Of a stretch of 34,842 bases of DNA, positions 1-12,312 are shown one piece after another. Both the position numbers and the translations under genes were made by a program. Position 1 is the first letter of the stretch. Each line of letters begins with the position of its first letter. The notes below the pieces were generated by a model. That model had not been told where the DNA came from. It saw only the letters and a list, made by a program, of their open reading frames with translations, and searched no databases. Source of the stretch: Tubiluchus corallicola (taxonomy: Eukaryota > Animalia > Priapulida); the NCBI GenBank assembly GCA_030141605.1, contig JAQGDQ010001556.1, forward strand, positions 1 to 34,842, read 5' to 3'.

Positions 1-153
1 TGTGAGGATAAAGAAATTATTGTACAGTTGATAGGCCGTGTTGTGTTTAGTGTTCCGGCTCGGACGGAAATCGGTCAGTTTCCTTTACCGCGGATGACGT
101 CCGTCTTATCCGATATCCGGACTAACGAGGTCCGGTTTAACGAGGGTCGATTG
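1..153 (-). mobile_element. Tc1/mariner-pogo-type MITE family A, partial (cut by window edge)
   Basis: Reverse complement of 15431-15583; ends GTTTAACGAGGGTCGATTG followed by TA. Confidence 0.85.
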
Positions 154-185
154 TATTTTGCTCTATGTATTATATTTTTTTACAG

Positions 186-314
186 ATCAAAACGAATGTA
201 TGCTAAGCATGGATGACTGCGATAGCGACACTACGGAATGCGTGAACACCAGAGGGGGCTTTGCTTGTACCTGTCTAACGGGATATTCACCTGTCAACAG
301 AACTCACTGTCAAG
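186..314 (+). CDS. cbEGF exon 1 (subtype A) of a multi-cbEGF extracellular protein: DQNECMLSMDDCDSDTTECVNTRGGFACTCLTGYSPVNRTHCQ
   Basis: tacAG acceptor, GTact donor, 129 nt, phase 1-1, six Cys, D-x-N-E-C and C-x-N-x4-F-x-C-x-C consensus. Confidence 0.93.
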
Positions 315-490
315 GTACTACTGTGCAGGGGCGGAACTAGGAGGGGGCGAAGGGGGGCACCCCCCTGCTACTGTGGGAGGAAAATTGCAAATTTGTTTTG
401 AAATTATTTCACTACCGAGTGTTTTGTTGCTCATTTTCAGGCTTGTCTTCGCTCTCAAGGTTCTGACTTATTAATTTTTAATAGTTTTGT

Positions 491-3222
491 GCGAGTTGCG
501 GACTATGTATTTAAGCAGGTATGTTTTTACCTTCACTGTAGAGGGCGAGTTGTGGACTTTGTATTTAAGCGGGTAGGTTTTTTACCTTCACTGTAGAGGG
601 CGAGTTGCGGACTTTGTATTTAAACAGGTATGTTTTTACCTTCACTGTAGAGGGCGAGTTGTGGACTTTGTATTTAAGCGGGTAGGTTTTTTACCTTCAC
701 TGTAGAGGGCGAGTTGCGGACTTTGTATTTAAGCAGGTATGTTTTTACCTTCACTGTAGAGGGCGAGTTGTGGACTTTGTATTTAAGCAGGTAGGTTTTT
801 TACCTTCACTGTAGAGGGCGAGTTGCGGACTTTGTATTTAAGCGGGTAGGTTTTTTACCTTCACTGTAGAGGGTGAGTTGCGGACTTTGTATTTAAGCGG
901 GTAGGTTTTTTACCTTCACTGTAGAGGGCGACTTGTGGACTCTGTATTTAAGCAGGTAGGTTTTTTACCTTCACTGTAGAGGGCGAGTTGCGGACTTTGT
1001 ATTTAAGCAGGTAGGTTTTTTACCTTCACTGTAGAGGGCGAGTTGCGGACTTTGTATTTAAGCGGGTAGGTTTTTTACCTTCACTGTAGAGGGCGAGTTG
1101 TGGACTTTGTATTTAAGCAGGTATGTTTTTACCTTCACTGTAGAGGGCGAGTTGTGGACTTTGTATTTAAGCGGGTAGGTTTTTTACCTTCACTGTAGAG
1201 GGCGAGTTGCGGACTTTGTATTTAAGCAGGTATGTTTTTACCTTCACTGTAGAGGGCGAGTTGTGGACTTTGTATTTAAGCGGGTAGGTTTTTTACCTTC
1301 ACTGTAGAGGGCGAGTTGCGGACTTTGTATTTAAGCAGGTATGTTTTTACCTTCACTGTAGAGGGCGAGTTGTGGACTTTGTATTTAAGCGGGTAGGTTT
1401 TTTACCTTCACTGTAGAGGGCGAGTTGCGGACTTTGTATTTAAGCGGGTAGGTTTTTTACCTTCACTGTAGAGGGTGAGTTGCGGACTTTGTATTTAAGC
1501 GGGTAGGTTTTTTACCTTCACTGTAGAGGGCGACTTGTGGACTCTGTATTTAAGCAGGTAGGTTTTTTACCTTCACTGTAGAGGGCGAGTTGCGGACTTT
1601 GTATTTAAGCGGGTAGGTTTTTTACCTTCACTGTAGAGGGCGAGTTGCGGACTTTGTATTTAAGCGGGTAGGTTTTTTACCTTCACTGTAGAGGGCGAGT
1701 TGCAGACTTTGTATTTAAGCGGGTAGGTTTTTTACCTTCACTGTAGAGGGCGAGTTGCGGACTTTGTATTTAAGCGGGTAGGTTTTTTACCTTCACTGTA
1801 GAGGGCGAGTTGCGGACTTTGTATTTAAGCGGGTAGGTTTTACCTTCACTGTAGAGGGCGAGTTGCGGACTTTGTATTTAAGCGGGTAGGTTTTTTACCT
1901 TCACTGTAGAGGGCGAGTTGCGGACTTTGTATTCAAGAGGGTAGGTTTTTTACCTTCACTGTAGAGGGCGAGTTGCGGACTCTGTATTTAAGCAGGTAGG
2001 TTTTTTACCTTCACTGTAGAGGGCGAGTTGTGGACTTTGTATTTAAGCGGGTATGTTTTTTACCTTCACTGTAGAGGGCGAGTTGCGGACTTTGTATTTA
2101 AGCGGGTAGGTTTTTTACCTTCACTGTAGAGGGCGAGTTGCGGACTCTGTATTTAAGCAGGTAGGTTTTTTACCTTCACTGTAGAGGGCGAGTTGTGGAC
2201 TTTGTATTTAAGCGGGTAGGTTTTTTACCTTCACTGTAGAGGGTGAGTTGCGGACTTTGTATTTAAGCGGGTAGGTTTTTTACCTTCACTGTAGAGGGCG
2301 AGTTGCAGACTTTGTATTTAAGCGGGTAGGTTTTTTACCTTCACTGTAGAGGGCGAGTTGCAGACTTTGTATTTAAGCGGGTAGGTTTTTTACCTTCACT
2401 GTAGAGGGCGAGTTGTGGACTTTGTATTTAAGCGGGTAGGTTTTTTACCTTCACTGTAGAGGGCGAGTTGCAGACTTTGTATTTAAGCAGGTAGGTTTTT
2501 TACCTTCACTGTAGAGGGCGAGTTGCGGACTTTGTATTTAAGCAGGTAGGTTTTTTACCTTCACTGTAGAGGGTGAGTTGCGGACTTTGTATTTAAGCGG
2601 GTAGGTTTTTTACCTTCACTGTAGAGGGCGAGTTGCGGACTCTGTATTTAAGCAGGTAGGTTTTTTACCTTCACTGTAGAGGGCGAGTTGCGGACTTTGT
2701 ATTTAAGAGGGTATGTTTTTACTTTCACTGTAGAGGGCGAGTTGCGGACTTTGTATTTAAGCAGGTAGGTTTTTTACCTTCACTGTAGAGGGCGAGTTGC
2801 GGACTTTGTATTTAAGCAGGTAGGTTTTTTACCTTCACTGTAGAGGGCGAGTTGCGGACTTTGTATTTAAGAGGGTATGTTTTTTACCTTCACTGTAGAG
2901 GGCGAGTTGCGGACTTTGTATTTAAGCAGGTAGGTTTTTTACCTTCACTGTAGAGGGCGAGTTGCGGACTTTGTATTTAAGAGGGTATGTTTTTTACCTT
3001 CACTGTAGAGGGTGAGTTGCGGACTTTGTATTTAAGCAGGTAGGTTTTTTACCTTCACTGTAGAGGGCGAGTTGCGGACTTTGTATTTAAGCAGGTAGGT
3101 TTTTTTACCTTCACTGTAGAGGGCGAGTTGCGGACTTTGTATTTAAGAGGGTAGGTTTTTTACCTTCACTGTAGAGGGCGAGTTGCGGACTTTGTATTTA
3201 AGAGGGTATGTTTTTTACCTTC
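491..3222. repeat. 55-bp minisatellite, about 50 copies
   Basis: Unit GCGAGTTGCGGACTTTGTATTTAAGCGGGTAGGTTTTTTACCTTCACTGTAGAGG, highly homogeneous. Confidence 0.97.
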
Positions 3223-3307
3223 GGCCTGTACAACAAAAAGGACTTGTACTTAACATTTAGTTTTTATTTTTATCGTGCATCTTAGCTGCTTCTGTTGTTT
3301 TACAATA

Positions 3308-3713
3308 CACTCATATCTCGGTTTGTCGGACCAAACCGGGGAGACGTCGGTCCGAATTTACCGATTGTCCGTATTTACCAATACTAAGCTAATACAGTAG
3401 GCACCATGTATTAGACTCACGATGATGTAGAATCAATCGTATAATTGTCTCAAAAATATCTAGTGCGGGCTGCTTCCATCGGCAATTGACTCAAATAATT
3501 CCGCATAATTGACTCTATATTTTTACATTATAGAGAAATACACATGGTTCTACTGATGTAATGATATTTACAAAGTGACAGCCCGCCAACTAGCGGTCAG
3601 CTCGTGAAACAACGGACTGTGTCCGTAGTACGCGGGACTTTTTACCGGTCCACATTTTGTCTGATTCTTCCGATATCCATAAAAGCGAGGTCCGGCAAAT
3701 CGAGATATGATTG
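3308..3713 (+). mobile_element. TA-flanked MITE family B, complete
   Basis: TIRs CACTCATATCTCGGTTTGTCGGAC / GTCCGGCAAATCGAGATATGATTG, TA on both sides; homologous to 15126-15914 and 29502-29691 in the opposite orientation. Confidence 0.88.
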
Positions 3714-4119
3714 TACATTAGCCACCGCTTATTAAAACCAGGGTCAATTTTAAGCCAATTAGGCAGATTTATTATTATAAGCCCCCCACACCATGAGCGG
3801 CCCGACGTCAGTCACATCAGGTGACAGAAGTTTTTCAAAGATAAAACTGGCTAAAACATTAACTTATGGTACACTGTCTCAGAAGAGAGACTATATAATT
3901 TAGCGATGCTATCTGTAGAAAATGAAATTGCAATGACATTGATTTTGAAAGATTTCTCGGATAGAAAAGCCAAAAAAGTCTGTTGTGAAAGTCATGTTTA
4001 AACTTGTAAAGTGTTTATGAAACTACATACACATGAGTAGAAAGTAAATCAGGCAGTATATATAGGTATAGGTAAGCTATGCAGGCTTGTACAGGCTTCA
4101 CAAAACCATTACTTTAAAT

Positions 4120-4258
4120 TAGGGGGAGAACCAGTCAATATGCATTCACTGGACCGTGCACTTATACTGGTGGTAAGCAGCTGGTATAGTAAAAGGATTA
4201 GTTCATAGATGGCAGCACCTAAAAAATGTACAATTACAACTTCAACATCTGTTTTTAG
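4120..4258 (+). repeat. Dispersed repeat, second copy at 31131-31272
   Basis: TAGGGG(G)AGA.CCAGT...ATTCACTGGACCG...ATAGATGGCAGCACCTAAAA shared. Confidence 0.75.
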
Positions 4259-4496
4259 GAGGCCTGTGCACAAATAGTGTGTCAGTAATTATCTTGACTT
4301 GTTGTTAAATATTAAAAAAACTTTCATGTGGGATCTAAATATTTAGTATGTCATTGTAGCTAATGGTGGAGCCACAAGCAGTCTTCTCTTTTCGACTGAG
4401 ACTGGCAAACTACATGAAGCACAAAACATCAAACTCCAGCTTTTGTAGGGTAAATAAATCATTCTTTATCATTAAATGAAATTGTTTTTGTTCTAG

Positions 4497-4625
4497 ACGT
4501 AGACGAGTGCACAGATGATATGAACGATTGTCACGAAGAAGCTGAGTGTTTGAACAACGTGGGCAGTTACACTTGTCAATGCAATCGTCGGGGATTCATT
4601 GGAAACGGAGTTGCAACTTGCAGCG
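4497..4625 (+). CDS. cbEGF exon 2 (subtype B): [43 protein letters not shown]
   Basis: ttctAG / GTagg, 129 nt, phase 1-1, full cbEGF consensus. Confidence 0.93.
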
Positions 4626-5173
4626 GTAGGTACCGAGAGCACGTTGGAACTTCAGATCAAATTTGTAACAGATAAACTGAAAGGTACATCGTTAAGTGAG
4701 AAAAAGGTGTCAAAAGGTCAGCGTCGGCTGTATCAATTAGCACGTAGATCACGCAAGTGTACACAACATTAAACTACGTGGTAGTTTAAGTTGAGGTGAT
4801 TGAAGGGGGCGTGTTTTTCTTAATCTTATCCAATTAAATCACTTATAAATGTTTAGAGAAATAGCATGATTGGATAGTCGAGATTCTCCTGAATAGCTCA
4901 GTACCTCATTTGTAATCATTTAGTTATGTAAATGCTCATGCAGTAGCAGAAGAGCCATGGGCGTTGTAAGACCTCTTTTGAATGGTGCAGTCCTGGAGGA
5001 GTTTTGTAAGACCTCTTCTGAATGGTGCAGTTTTGGAGGAGTTAAGTACAAATTCGTTGTAAGAAGACCTGGATGCAACTCAGACCCGGATGTTCAAGTG
5101 GTGCGCCCGTACACATAAGATGTGAATGCGGATTAAGTATGGCGTCAACTACGGATGAATTTGTCGTAATGAA

Positions 5174-5884
5174 TTAATTAAGTTGTGTAAAGTCAAGCAT
5201 TCGTAAGTTGCACGGGTCGTAAGCGCAACTATCTGTATCAGCCACTAGAAGTCTCTATAGTCTTCCGACTGGTCCTGTTAGAATACAGCGATTAATTAAG
5301 TTGTGTAAAGTCGAGCATTCGTAAGTTGCACGGGTCGTAAGCGCAACTACCTGTATGAGCCACTAGAGGTCTCTGTAGTCTTCCGGCTGGTCCTGTTAGA
5401 ATACAGCGATTAATTAAGTTGTGTAAAGTCGAGCATTCGTAAGTTGCACGGGTCGTAAGCGCAACTATCTGTATCAGCCACTAGAAGTCTCTATAGTCTT
5501 TCGGCTGGTCCTGTTAGAATACAGCGATTAATTAAGTTGTGTAAAGTCGAGCATTCGTAAGTTGCACGGGTCGTAAGCGCAACTACCTGTATGAGCCACT
5601 AGAGGTCTCTGTAGTCTTCCGGCTGGTCCTGTTAGAATACAGCGATTAATTAAGTTGTGTAAAGTCGAGCATTCGTAAGTTGCACGGGTCGTAAGCGCAA
5701 CTACCTGTATCAGCCACTAGAGGTCTCTCTGGTTTTCAAGTCGGCCCTGTTAGAATACAGCTATTAACTAAGTTGTGTAAAGTCGAGCATTTGTAAGTTA
5801 CAAGGGTCTTAAGTGCAACTACCTGTAACAGCCACTAGAGGTCTCTGTAGTCTTCCGGCCGGCCCTGTTAGAATACAGCTATTA
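5174..5884. repeat. 118-bp tandem repeat, 6 copies
   Basis: Units start 5174, 5292, 5410, 5528, 5646, 5764. Confidence 0.95.
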
Positions 5885-5917
5885 GTTTCGATTATGTAAA
5901 CGTTTGATATTTTTCAG

Positions 5918-6046
5918 ATCAAAACGAATGTGTGAGAGGACTGGATAATTGTGACGAAGAAACAACAGATTGCAGAAATAATGAAGGCAGCTTCAGTTGC
6001 AGATGCCAGTCCGGCCACAGCACTGTAAATAGAACCCATTGTGAAG
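5918..6046 (+). CDS. cbEGF exon 3 (subtype A): DQNECVRGLDNCDEETTDCRNNEGSFSCRCQSGHSTVNRTHCE
   Basis: ttttcAG / GTtcg, 129 nt, phase 1-1. Confidence 0.92.
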
Positions 6047-6661
6047 GTTCGCTTGTTCATTCTCACCTTTTTCTTATGAGGCTAGGAAAACCACAGATTC
6101 TTGGTTGCCAAGTTAAGCATTGATGAGTTTGTTTAGTAAATCAATAGGCGACGGGCAGTTTTACCTGACCTGTGGGTCCTGGATTTTTGACTTGTTTTGT
6201 TAACGTTAGGATTATACTCGAGAATGACCTTGGTTTTGGTCTTGCCACAACCGTTAATATAATAAGTAGGCCCCGTTAAGTTTTTATAACAATGTACTTT
6301 TACACAATGTTGTATCAACGTAGTTGAATAAGCCTAGTTTGTTTATATTAAGTGGAACAAGAAAAAATTCTTACCCGTGAGAATTCATGCAGCCCAAGTG
6401 AAACGTTTGAAGATCTGACTTGTCATATTTGTTATTGATTTGACAAATGAAAATGTTAATTTATTATAAAATGTAAACTCACAGTTTTATTTAATAACGA
6501 TTTTACAAAACTTTTCTTTTAAATAAATTTAAAGTGCTGTCTAATTTTCAATTATTTACTATCTTAATGTCATGATTGTCATTAATGATGGTACAAAGCC
6601 ACAATTCATTAAATTTTGATACCAAACTCTAAAGACTAGAAATCTGAAAAGTTACAAATAC

Positions 6662-6702
6662 GGTCTGGATTTGAACCAGGCACCTTCGGCTTACAAGACT
6701 GC
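6662..6702 (-). pseudogene. tRNA-derived (SINE-head-like) fragment
   Basis: Minus strand GTCTTGTAAGCCGAAGGTGCCTGGTTCAAATCCAG: B-box GGTTCAAATCC and UGU-like anticodon loop; no complete cloverleaf. Confidence 0.45.
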
Positions 6703-6839
6703 TTCCCGATGAATATGGCAGTCCAAAGTTCATCCTGTATAGGTGGTCAACCATTTCAGCATTTCTAACGTCATACCGCTCGCGCTAGAGATCGTTTCCG
6801 TTTGTTCTAACTTTCTAAATCATCTGTATAAAATTTCAG

Positions 6840-6968
6840 ACATTAACGAATGCTCTGAGGACAATGGCGGCTGTGACGTTGACACGACTGCGTGCGTGAA
6901 CACGATCGGTGCGTTCCGCTGTGACTGCCTGAGTGGGTTTAACAGGGACACGCTTACTCAGTGTGCAG
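6840..6968 (+). CDS. cbEGF exon 4 (subtype A): [43 protein letters not shown]
   Basis: tttcAG / GTacg, 129 nt, phase 1-1. Confidence 0.93.
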
Positions 6969-7054
6969 GTACGTGACAATTATCGGTTCAAATTGAAATG
7001 TTTTAAGAAAAAAAAGCACAAATCTCTTTTTTTAATTTGCAGTGGTAACTAGAT

Positions 7055-7308
7055 TACAGTGCAACATCGTTATAGCAAATCACAGTGCAACATCATTATA
7101 GCAAATCACAGTGCAACATCATTATAGCAAATCACAGTGCAACATCATTATAGCAAATCACAGTGCAACATCATTATAGCAAATCACAGTGCAACATCAT
7201 TATAGCAAATCACAGTGCAATATCGTTATAGCAAATCACAGTGCAACATCGTTATAGCAAATCACAGTGCAACATCGTTATAGCAAATCACAGTGCAACA
7301 TCATTATA
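7055..7308. repeat. 26-bp tandem repeat, about 10 copies
   Basis: Unit CACAGTGCAACATC(A/G)TTATAGCAAAT. Confidence 0.95.
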
Positions 7309-7450
7309 CCAGATCTGCTAACTACTCTATAACCTAGGTACTCTATAAGCATATGCAGCTAATTATATGTATATGCTAATAGTGGACAGGCATGTATTAA
7401 CAATAAAAGTATGTAATTAATGTGCAATGTGTGGTTTCCTAGAAGATGTA

Positions 7451-7903
7451 AAAGTACTTTTAGAAGCTGATATGGAGTATTAATTACTTTGCGGTATATT
7501 TAATTTCAATCAAATATATTTTACGTGACTTCTCTAAACTAAAAACAGATGAAACGTTTCATATTAAATTGCATGTACACGTTCAGTGCTTCATAGTACT
7601 AAAGTGCAAAGTACTTTTAGAATGTGATATCTAGTATCAACTACTTTGCAGTATATTTAATTTCAATTAAATGTATTTTACGTGACTTCTCTAAACTAAA
7701 AACTGGTGAATGTTTGATATCAAGTTGCATGTACATGTTCAGTGCTTCATAGTACTAAAGTGCAAAGTACTTTTAGAAGGTGCGGTCAAGTATCAACTGC
7801 TTTGCTTTTGCTAAATTCATATTCAATGAAAACTATTTTATGCAACTTCAATAAATGAAAAATTATCGAGTGTTTCATATTAGATTGCATGTAAACGTTC
7901 AGT
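7451..7903. repeat. Degenerate ~157-bp tandem repeat, about 3 copies
   Basis: AAAGTACTTTTAGAA recurs at 7451, 7608, 7764. Confidence 0.85.
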
Positions 7904-8270
7904 TGTAAATTTACATGACATGTTCAGTAAAGTCGTTGAGATTTAAAAAAGTCTGTTAATTTTGCTTGCACAAAATTTCTGTTTTTCCCTTGTATGAAAA
8001 GCTTTCTGCAGTAGGTTACATAACTTGATGAAACATCTCATTAGTACGTTACTAGTTTACATACGTAGGTGACTAGCTGGTTGCCAAGCCGTTGGAGTGA
8101 CTTTTTGTTTCGATATAGTAGTAAACAAAATGACCTTTTGACACAACTCTGCATGCCGCTTGCCTAACAACTTTTTTATAGCTATGACAAGCTATGTTTA
8201 ACTGTAAATTAATTTGCAAATGGCTGGCATAGGTAAAATATGGAATAAAAACTTGCCAAAGATAATTTGA

Positions 8271-8560
8271 AGTTTAAAGTTCAAGTTTATTTATTTCCAC
8301 TCTGCATCTAACAGTTATAATAAAAATACAGATAATTTCACTGAAGTAAATATAAATATAAATGCAGTATTATCCAGAAATTACAAAAGAGATTCTTATG
8401 CAGCATATGCATGTGCAAATTACATTACAGAACGATTTTGATGCATACAGTTTGAGCCTAAAAGCATAGCTTGACAGGCCAAACTGTACGTGGAAATCTT
8501 AAAGAAGTGATTAATAATTGAAATAATGATAATGTATACATAAAAGTGGGGTGGGGGGAA
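8271..8560 (-). mobile_element. Probable CR1/L2-group LINE 3' UTR remnant
   Basis: Minus-strand AATAAATAAACTTGAACTT tail and GGCCTGTCAAGCTATGCTTTTAGGCT stem-loop; no coding remnant seen. Confidence 0.4.
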
Positions 8561-8902
8561 TAGTGAATGAAAGATGAAATGGAGCGAGAACTAAGAAAAA
8601 CTGTGATCATGATTATAAAGTGTTCAGTAACCTGTTGAGCATAGTTACATGCATAATAATACAGGCAATACAGCCCAGTAAAAAGTGTGAAGTACCCAAT
8701 AACAGGGTACACTGTATTCAAACTAGTTACACGTTGTAATACTTAAATGAATGATGAAAATTGTGTTTTTTTATGAATTTGCATTACCCCCGTTGTGCGC
8801 TCGATCTAACTGTGTTCACTATAATGACGTTACGTTGTAATCACATGTTTTTATGTAAACATATATGACAGTAAATATGTGTAAATATAATATTAAACAT
8901 GC

Positions 8903-9032
8903 ACATCCATCCATCCATCCATCCATCCATCCATCCTATGTATCTATCTACCTATCTACTCATCCATCCATTCATCCATCCATCCATTCATCCATCCATT
9001 CATCCATCCGTTCATGCATCCATCCATCCGTC
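8903..9032. repeat. (ATCC)n microsatellite
   Basis: Direct observation. Confidence 0.9.
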
Positions 9033-9478
9033 CAGTGCCTAAATTCCTTTTATATCAGGGCGACTAGCAACGTATATTGTACTACTAGGCTGATTTCTAC
9101 TCAAAAACGTTAAGGCGCACACACATACTTGCTCTAGTCTGATGCTACAACAACACAAAACAAATTTGGGTTTATAAATGTTATAACGCCATTACACACA
9201 GCTAAATATATATTACTCTTTATCTTTTCAGCTGTAAAGTTATACATTCACGATGCCCCTTCTTTTGACCATTATGTCCTTCAGTAGGCAGACTGCATAA
9301 ATTTTTCCCTCTCCAAATAACAGCCATCTCAAGCGTTCTTCATCAGTTACTACTTGCCAACATTGAACTTGCAAAAATATCCATATTGGAAGAACATGCT
9401 TCAGACTATTTACTTTCTTATGTGTAGTATGTTATTGAAAAATGCACAATCACCTAAAACTTGTTTATTTGTGAGCAG

Positions 9479-9607
9479 ATGTTGACGAATGTGTGCGAAG
9501 AACGGACAACTGTCATCGTAATGCGGAATGTAGGAACACGTTTGGAGGATTTCTGTGCGAATGCGTTCGAGAGGGTTACGACGGCGACGGCGTTGAGACT
9601 TGCAATG
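9479..9607 (+). CDS. cbEGF exon 5 (subtype B): DVDECVRRTDNCHRNAECRNTFGGFLCECVREGYDGDGVETCN
   Basis: gagcAG / GTacg, 129 nt, phase 1-1. Confidence 0.92.
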
Positions 9608-10304
9608 GTACGGTGTATTTTTGCCTTTACATTCATAATTACTTTGGCACAAACTGACAAAGAATAGCCTTCCACGAAAAGTGTAATAAAATGTTACGGT
9701 CGAGTCATTGAATCGTGGTGACGTCTGTAGTGATAGCAGTCAAAGCTAAGCAATGCCAGACCTACATGGTAACTAGATGGATAACCTGCTATCTGGTTGT
9801 AATAAACTGTGCTGTTTTATATAGGATGCTCGGGAACCCGTTTATTATTAAGCTACTATTTTTTGCATTAAAACATGAAGTGTTGGAAACAACTTGACTT
9901 GTGCTACTGCATCGCCCGTATTTGCTTGATATTATTAAAGGAAGACAGGATGATTTTTCAAATACTACCCCATTTTCAAGTACGATAAAAAGTATACTTT
10001 TAACACCAATAGTACTTCAAAAGCGTTTGCGATAATTAAATAACAGATTAAAAACTTAATTAATGGCGGGCGAGCCCAACTGTTGATGACATCACAAACT
10101 AACATAATTTTCAACAGCAAAAATATTCCACGAGCGTGTTGCACGTGTTTGCGAAAGCGGAAATTGAAGTACAGTGCTACTGTAAGATGTTCAGTGTGTT
10201 GTACTAAAACTAGGCAAGTTCTAAGATAAAAATTCAAATTTCAAATTTACCTCTGTGCTCACGCATGAGCTGTCGAACGTGTGTAGTTTGTCACAAACTA
10301 ACAC

Positions 10305-10510
10305 ATCTGAACTGAGCGGTACAGCACCTGTCTCTTATGCAATGCGTTTCCGAAATGCAGGCGCTAGTGCCCGTCGAACTAGCGAATGGCGAAATACATG
10401 TAACAGTGAAGAACTAGTGGTGCGAACTTGAAATTGTATTTTGTGCGATAATAATTCTTTCACGTAAGTTATTTTTGAAAAATTAATATGTTTTCTTTCA
10501 TATTTTAATG
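10305..10510 (+). repeat. Dispersed repeat, second copy at 25043-25245
   Basis: TGAACTGAG.GGTACAGCACCTG...CATGTAACAG.GAAGAACTAGTGG...TAATAATTCTTTCACGT shared in the same orientation. Confidence 0.8.
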
Positions 10511-10643
10511 AGTAGATTGTTCTGACCTGCAGTTTAAGATTGGGTCTGATTTTGCTTTAAGTATTACGTAAATGATTCATCTGCTAACCATAGCAAAAGC
10601 CCTGAAGACTGTAGATATTATTCTCACCTTTGCATTTACTTAG

Positions 10644-10772
10644 ATATGGATGAATGCACGCTGGGTACAGATGACTGTGATGATGATACTACGGTCTGTC
10701 GTAACACGGACGGTAGTTTTGCTTGCGTTTGCAAACCTGGCCACAGATCACTAAATGCGCATACCTGCACAG
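10644..10772 (+). CDS. cbEGF exon 6 (subtype A): DMDECTLGTDDCDDDTTVCRNTDGSFACVCKPGHRSLNAHTCT
   Basis: acttAG / GTaag, 129 nt, phase 1-1. Confidence 0.93.
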
Positions 10773-10957
10773 GTAAGACAACACACTTCAAACAGGTGTG
10801 TAAATTTTTCATGATATGATAGCTGATGTATTCAGCTGTACATTAATGTCAGAATTCGTGGAAAGTAAATTTGTGGAACTTAAAAGTGGAACTTATTGTC
10901 GACCGGTTTTGAAGAATACTGTTCATTATTCAACGCTTCTAAAACCAAGAAATTTGT

Positions 10958-11299
10958 GAAAAAAGTAAACAAAGAAGTTTGCTAAAAAGTAAACAAATAA
11001 GTTTGCTATGAAGTAATCAATGAATTTGCGAAAAAAGTAAACAAAGAAGTTTGCTAAAAAGTAAACAAATAAGTTTGCTATGAAGTAATCAATGAATTTG
11101 CGAAAAAAGTAAACAAAGAAATTTGCTAAAAAGTAAACAAAGAAATTTGCTAAAAAGTAAACAAAAAGTTTGCTATAAAGTAAACAAAAAAGTTTGCTAT
11201 AAAGTAAACAAAAAAGTTTGCTAAAAAATAAACAAAGAAATTTGCTAAAAAGTAAACAAAGGAGTTTGCTAAAAAGTAAACAAAGGAGTTTGCTAAAAA
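10958..11299. repeat. 24-bp tandem repeat, about 14 copies
   Basis: Unit AAAAAGTAAACAAAGAAGTTTGCT; first six units form a 2 x 72-bp higher-order repeat. Confidence 0.93.
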
Positions 11300-11382
11300 T
11301 TGCAATTGGACTTTGTTCAGAAAGTTGTGAATTTAAATATATTATTAGTCGATTATGTAATTCAACTTGTTTTTCTACTTAG

Positions 11383-11511
11383 ATATTAATGAGTGCGCAG
11401 AGGAGACAGACGATTGTCATGCGGAAGCAGAGTGCATAAACACAGTGGGTGGATATGAATGCGCTTGCAACAGAGATGGTTACCATGGCGACGGCGTGAG
11501 CGATTGCAGTG
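11383..11511 (+). CDS. cbEGF exon 7 (subtype B): DINECAEETDDCHAEAECINTVGGYECACNRDGYHGDGVSDCS
   Basis: acttAG / GTatc, 129 nt, phase 1-1. Confidence 0.93.
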
Positions 11512-11753
11512 GTATCTTTACTGTTTTTCTGCTCAGCTTTGTTTAGACATTATTTTAAAGTTATCTCACTATGCATTTTGTTGTGAGTTATCAACTGGGA
11601 AGAGGACGATAAACTATTGCATTTCAAATGAGTTTATTTACTTACTGAGTATCTTATCATGGGTGATAAAGATTGAACACTCTTATCTTTTATCACTGAA
11701 ACAACACAATTATTAAAAACTTTCAATTTACAACTGTTTAAAAAACATGTCAA

Positions 11754-11790
11754 AACGTTTCGACAGCAATCAGCTGTCATCATCAGTGGT
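11754..11790 (-). ncRNA. Minimal hammerhead-like motif (Penelope-type), copy 1
   Basis: ACCA-CUGAUGA-U-GACAGC-UGAUU-GCUGUC-GAAAC-GUU; helix I poorly paired. Confidence 0.55.
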
Positions 11791-11970
11791 ACACTATACA
11801 AACAACAACCAGGTTATATAATTAGTACATAATTATATACGCAGAGATACAGTATAGAATATGGTATAGTATTGTATTTGCATGATAGTTTGAACGTTCA
11901 AATCTTGGCAAAGGATAGTGCAAAGACGGAAAACATAATTCATTATGGCATCTTTTTTTAATATTTCAAG

Positions 11971-12105
11971 ACCTGAACGAATGCGCCTCTGATGATCACA
12001 CCTGTGACTTAGACACGACGGAATGCGATAATTTCGATGGATCTTTTGGTTGTATATGTCTGGAGGGATTCAAATCATTACGCAACAGCGATACGTCATG
12101 CGAGG
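11971..12105 (+). CDS. cbEGF exon 8 (subtype A, 2 aa longer): DLNECASDDHTCDLDTTECDNFDGSFGCICLEGFKSLRNSDTSCE
   Basis: tttcaAG (AAG-type acceptor) / GTacg, 135 nt, phase 1-1. Confidence 0.9.
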
Positions 12106-12312
12106 GTACGCTATTAAAACAGTTCTTTGTTCAACGCTGTTCAGCATTTGTTGTAGTAAATGTTGTGCTGGTGGAATTTAGGTAATTAATAAAATTATTA
12201 CATCATGTTAATGCAAAAATCCTTTACTTACACAAAGCTTAAAAATTCATCTTTAAATTTTGTATCACATACTGACTTATTGTTCCCATGGCTTGTGTTA
12301 GCAGTAACACTC

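Noticed and set aside
491-3222. CRISPR-like array
   Set aside because: Head-to-tail near-identical units with no unique spacers, no cas genes and a eukaryotic intron context; the same applies to the other arrays
326-3229. Single hAT element enclosing the 55-bp satellite (CAGGGGCGGAA ... TTCGGCCTG)
   Set aside because: Ends only partly complementary and flanks show no target-site duplication
4204-4220. CTCF-like TAGATGGCAGCA motif (also near 31222 and 15243)
   Set aside because: Partial match inside dispersed repeats with no independent support
6662-6720. Functional tRNA-Thr gene
   Set aside because: T-arm and B-box present but D-arm and acceptor stem cannot be formed
9320-9350. Third hammerhead (minus-strand CTGATGAAG)
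   Set aside because: No helix II followed by GAAA
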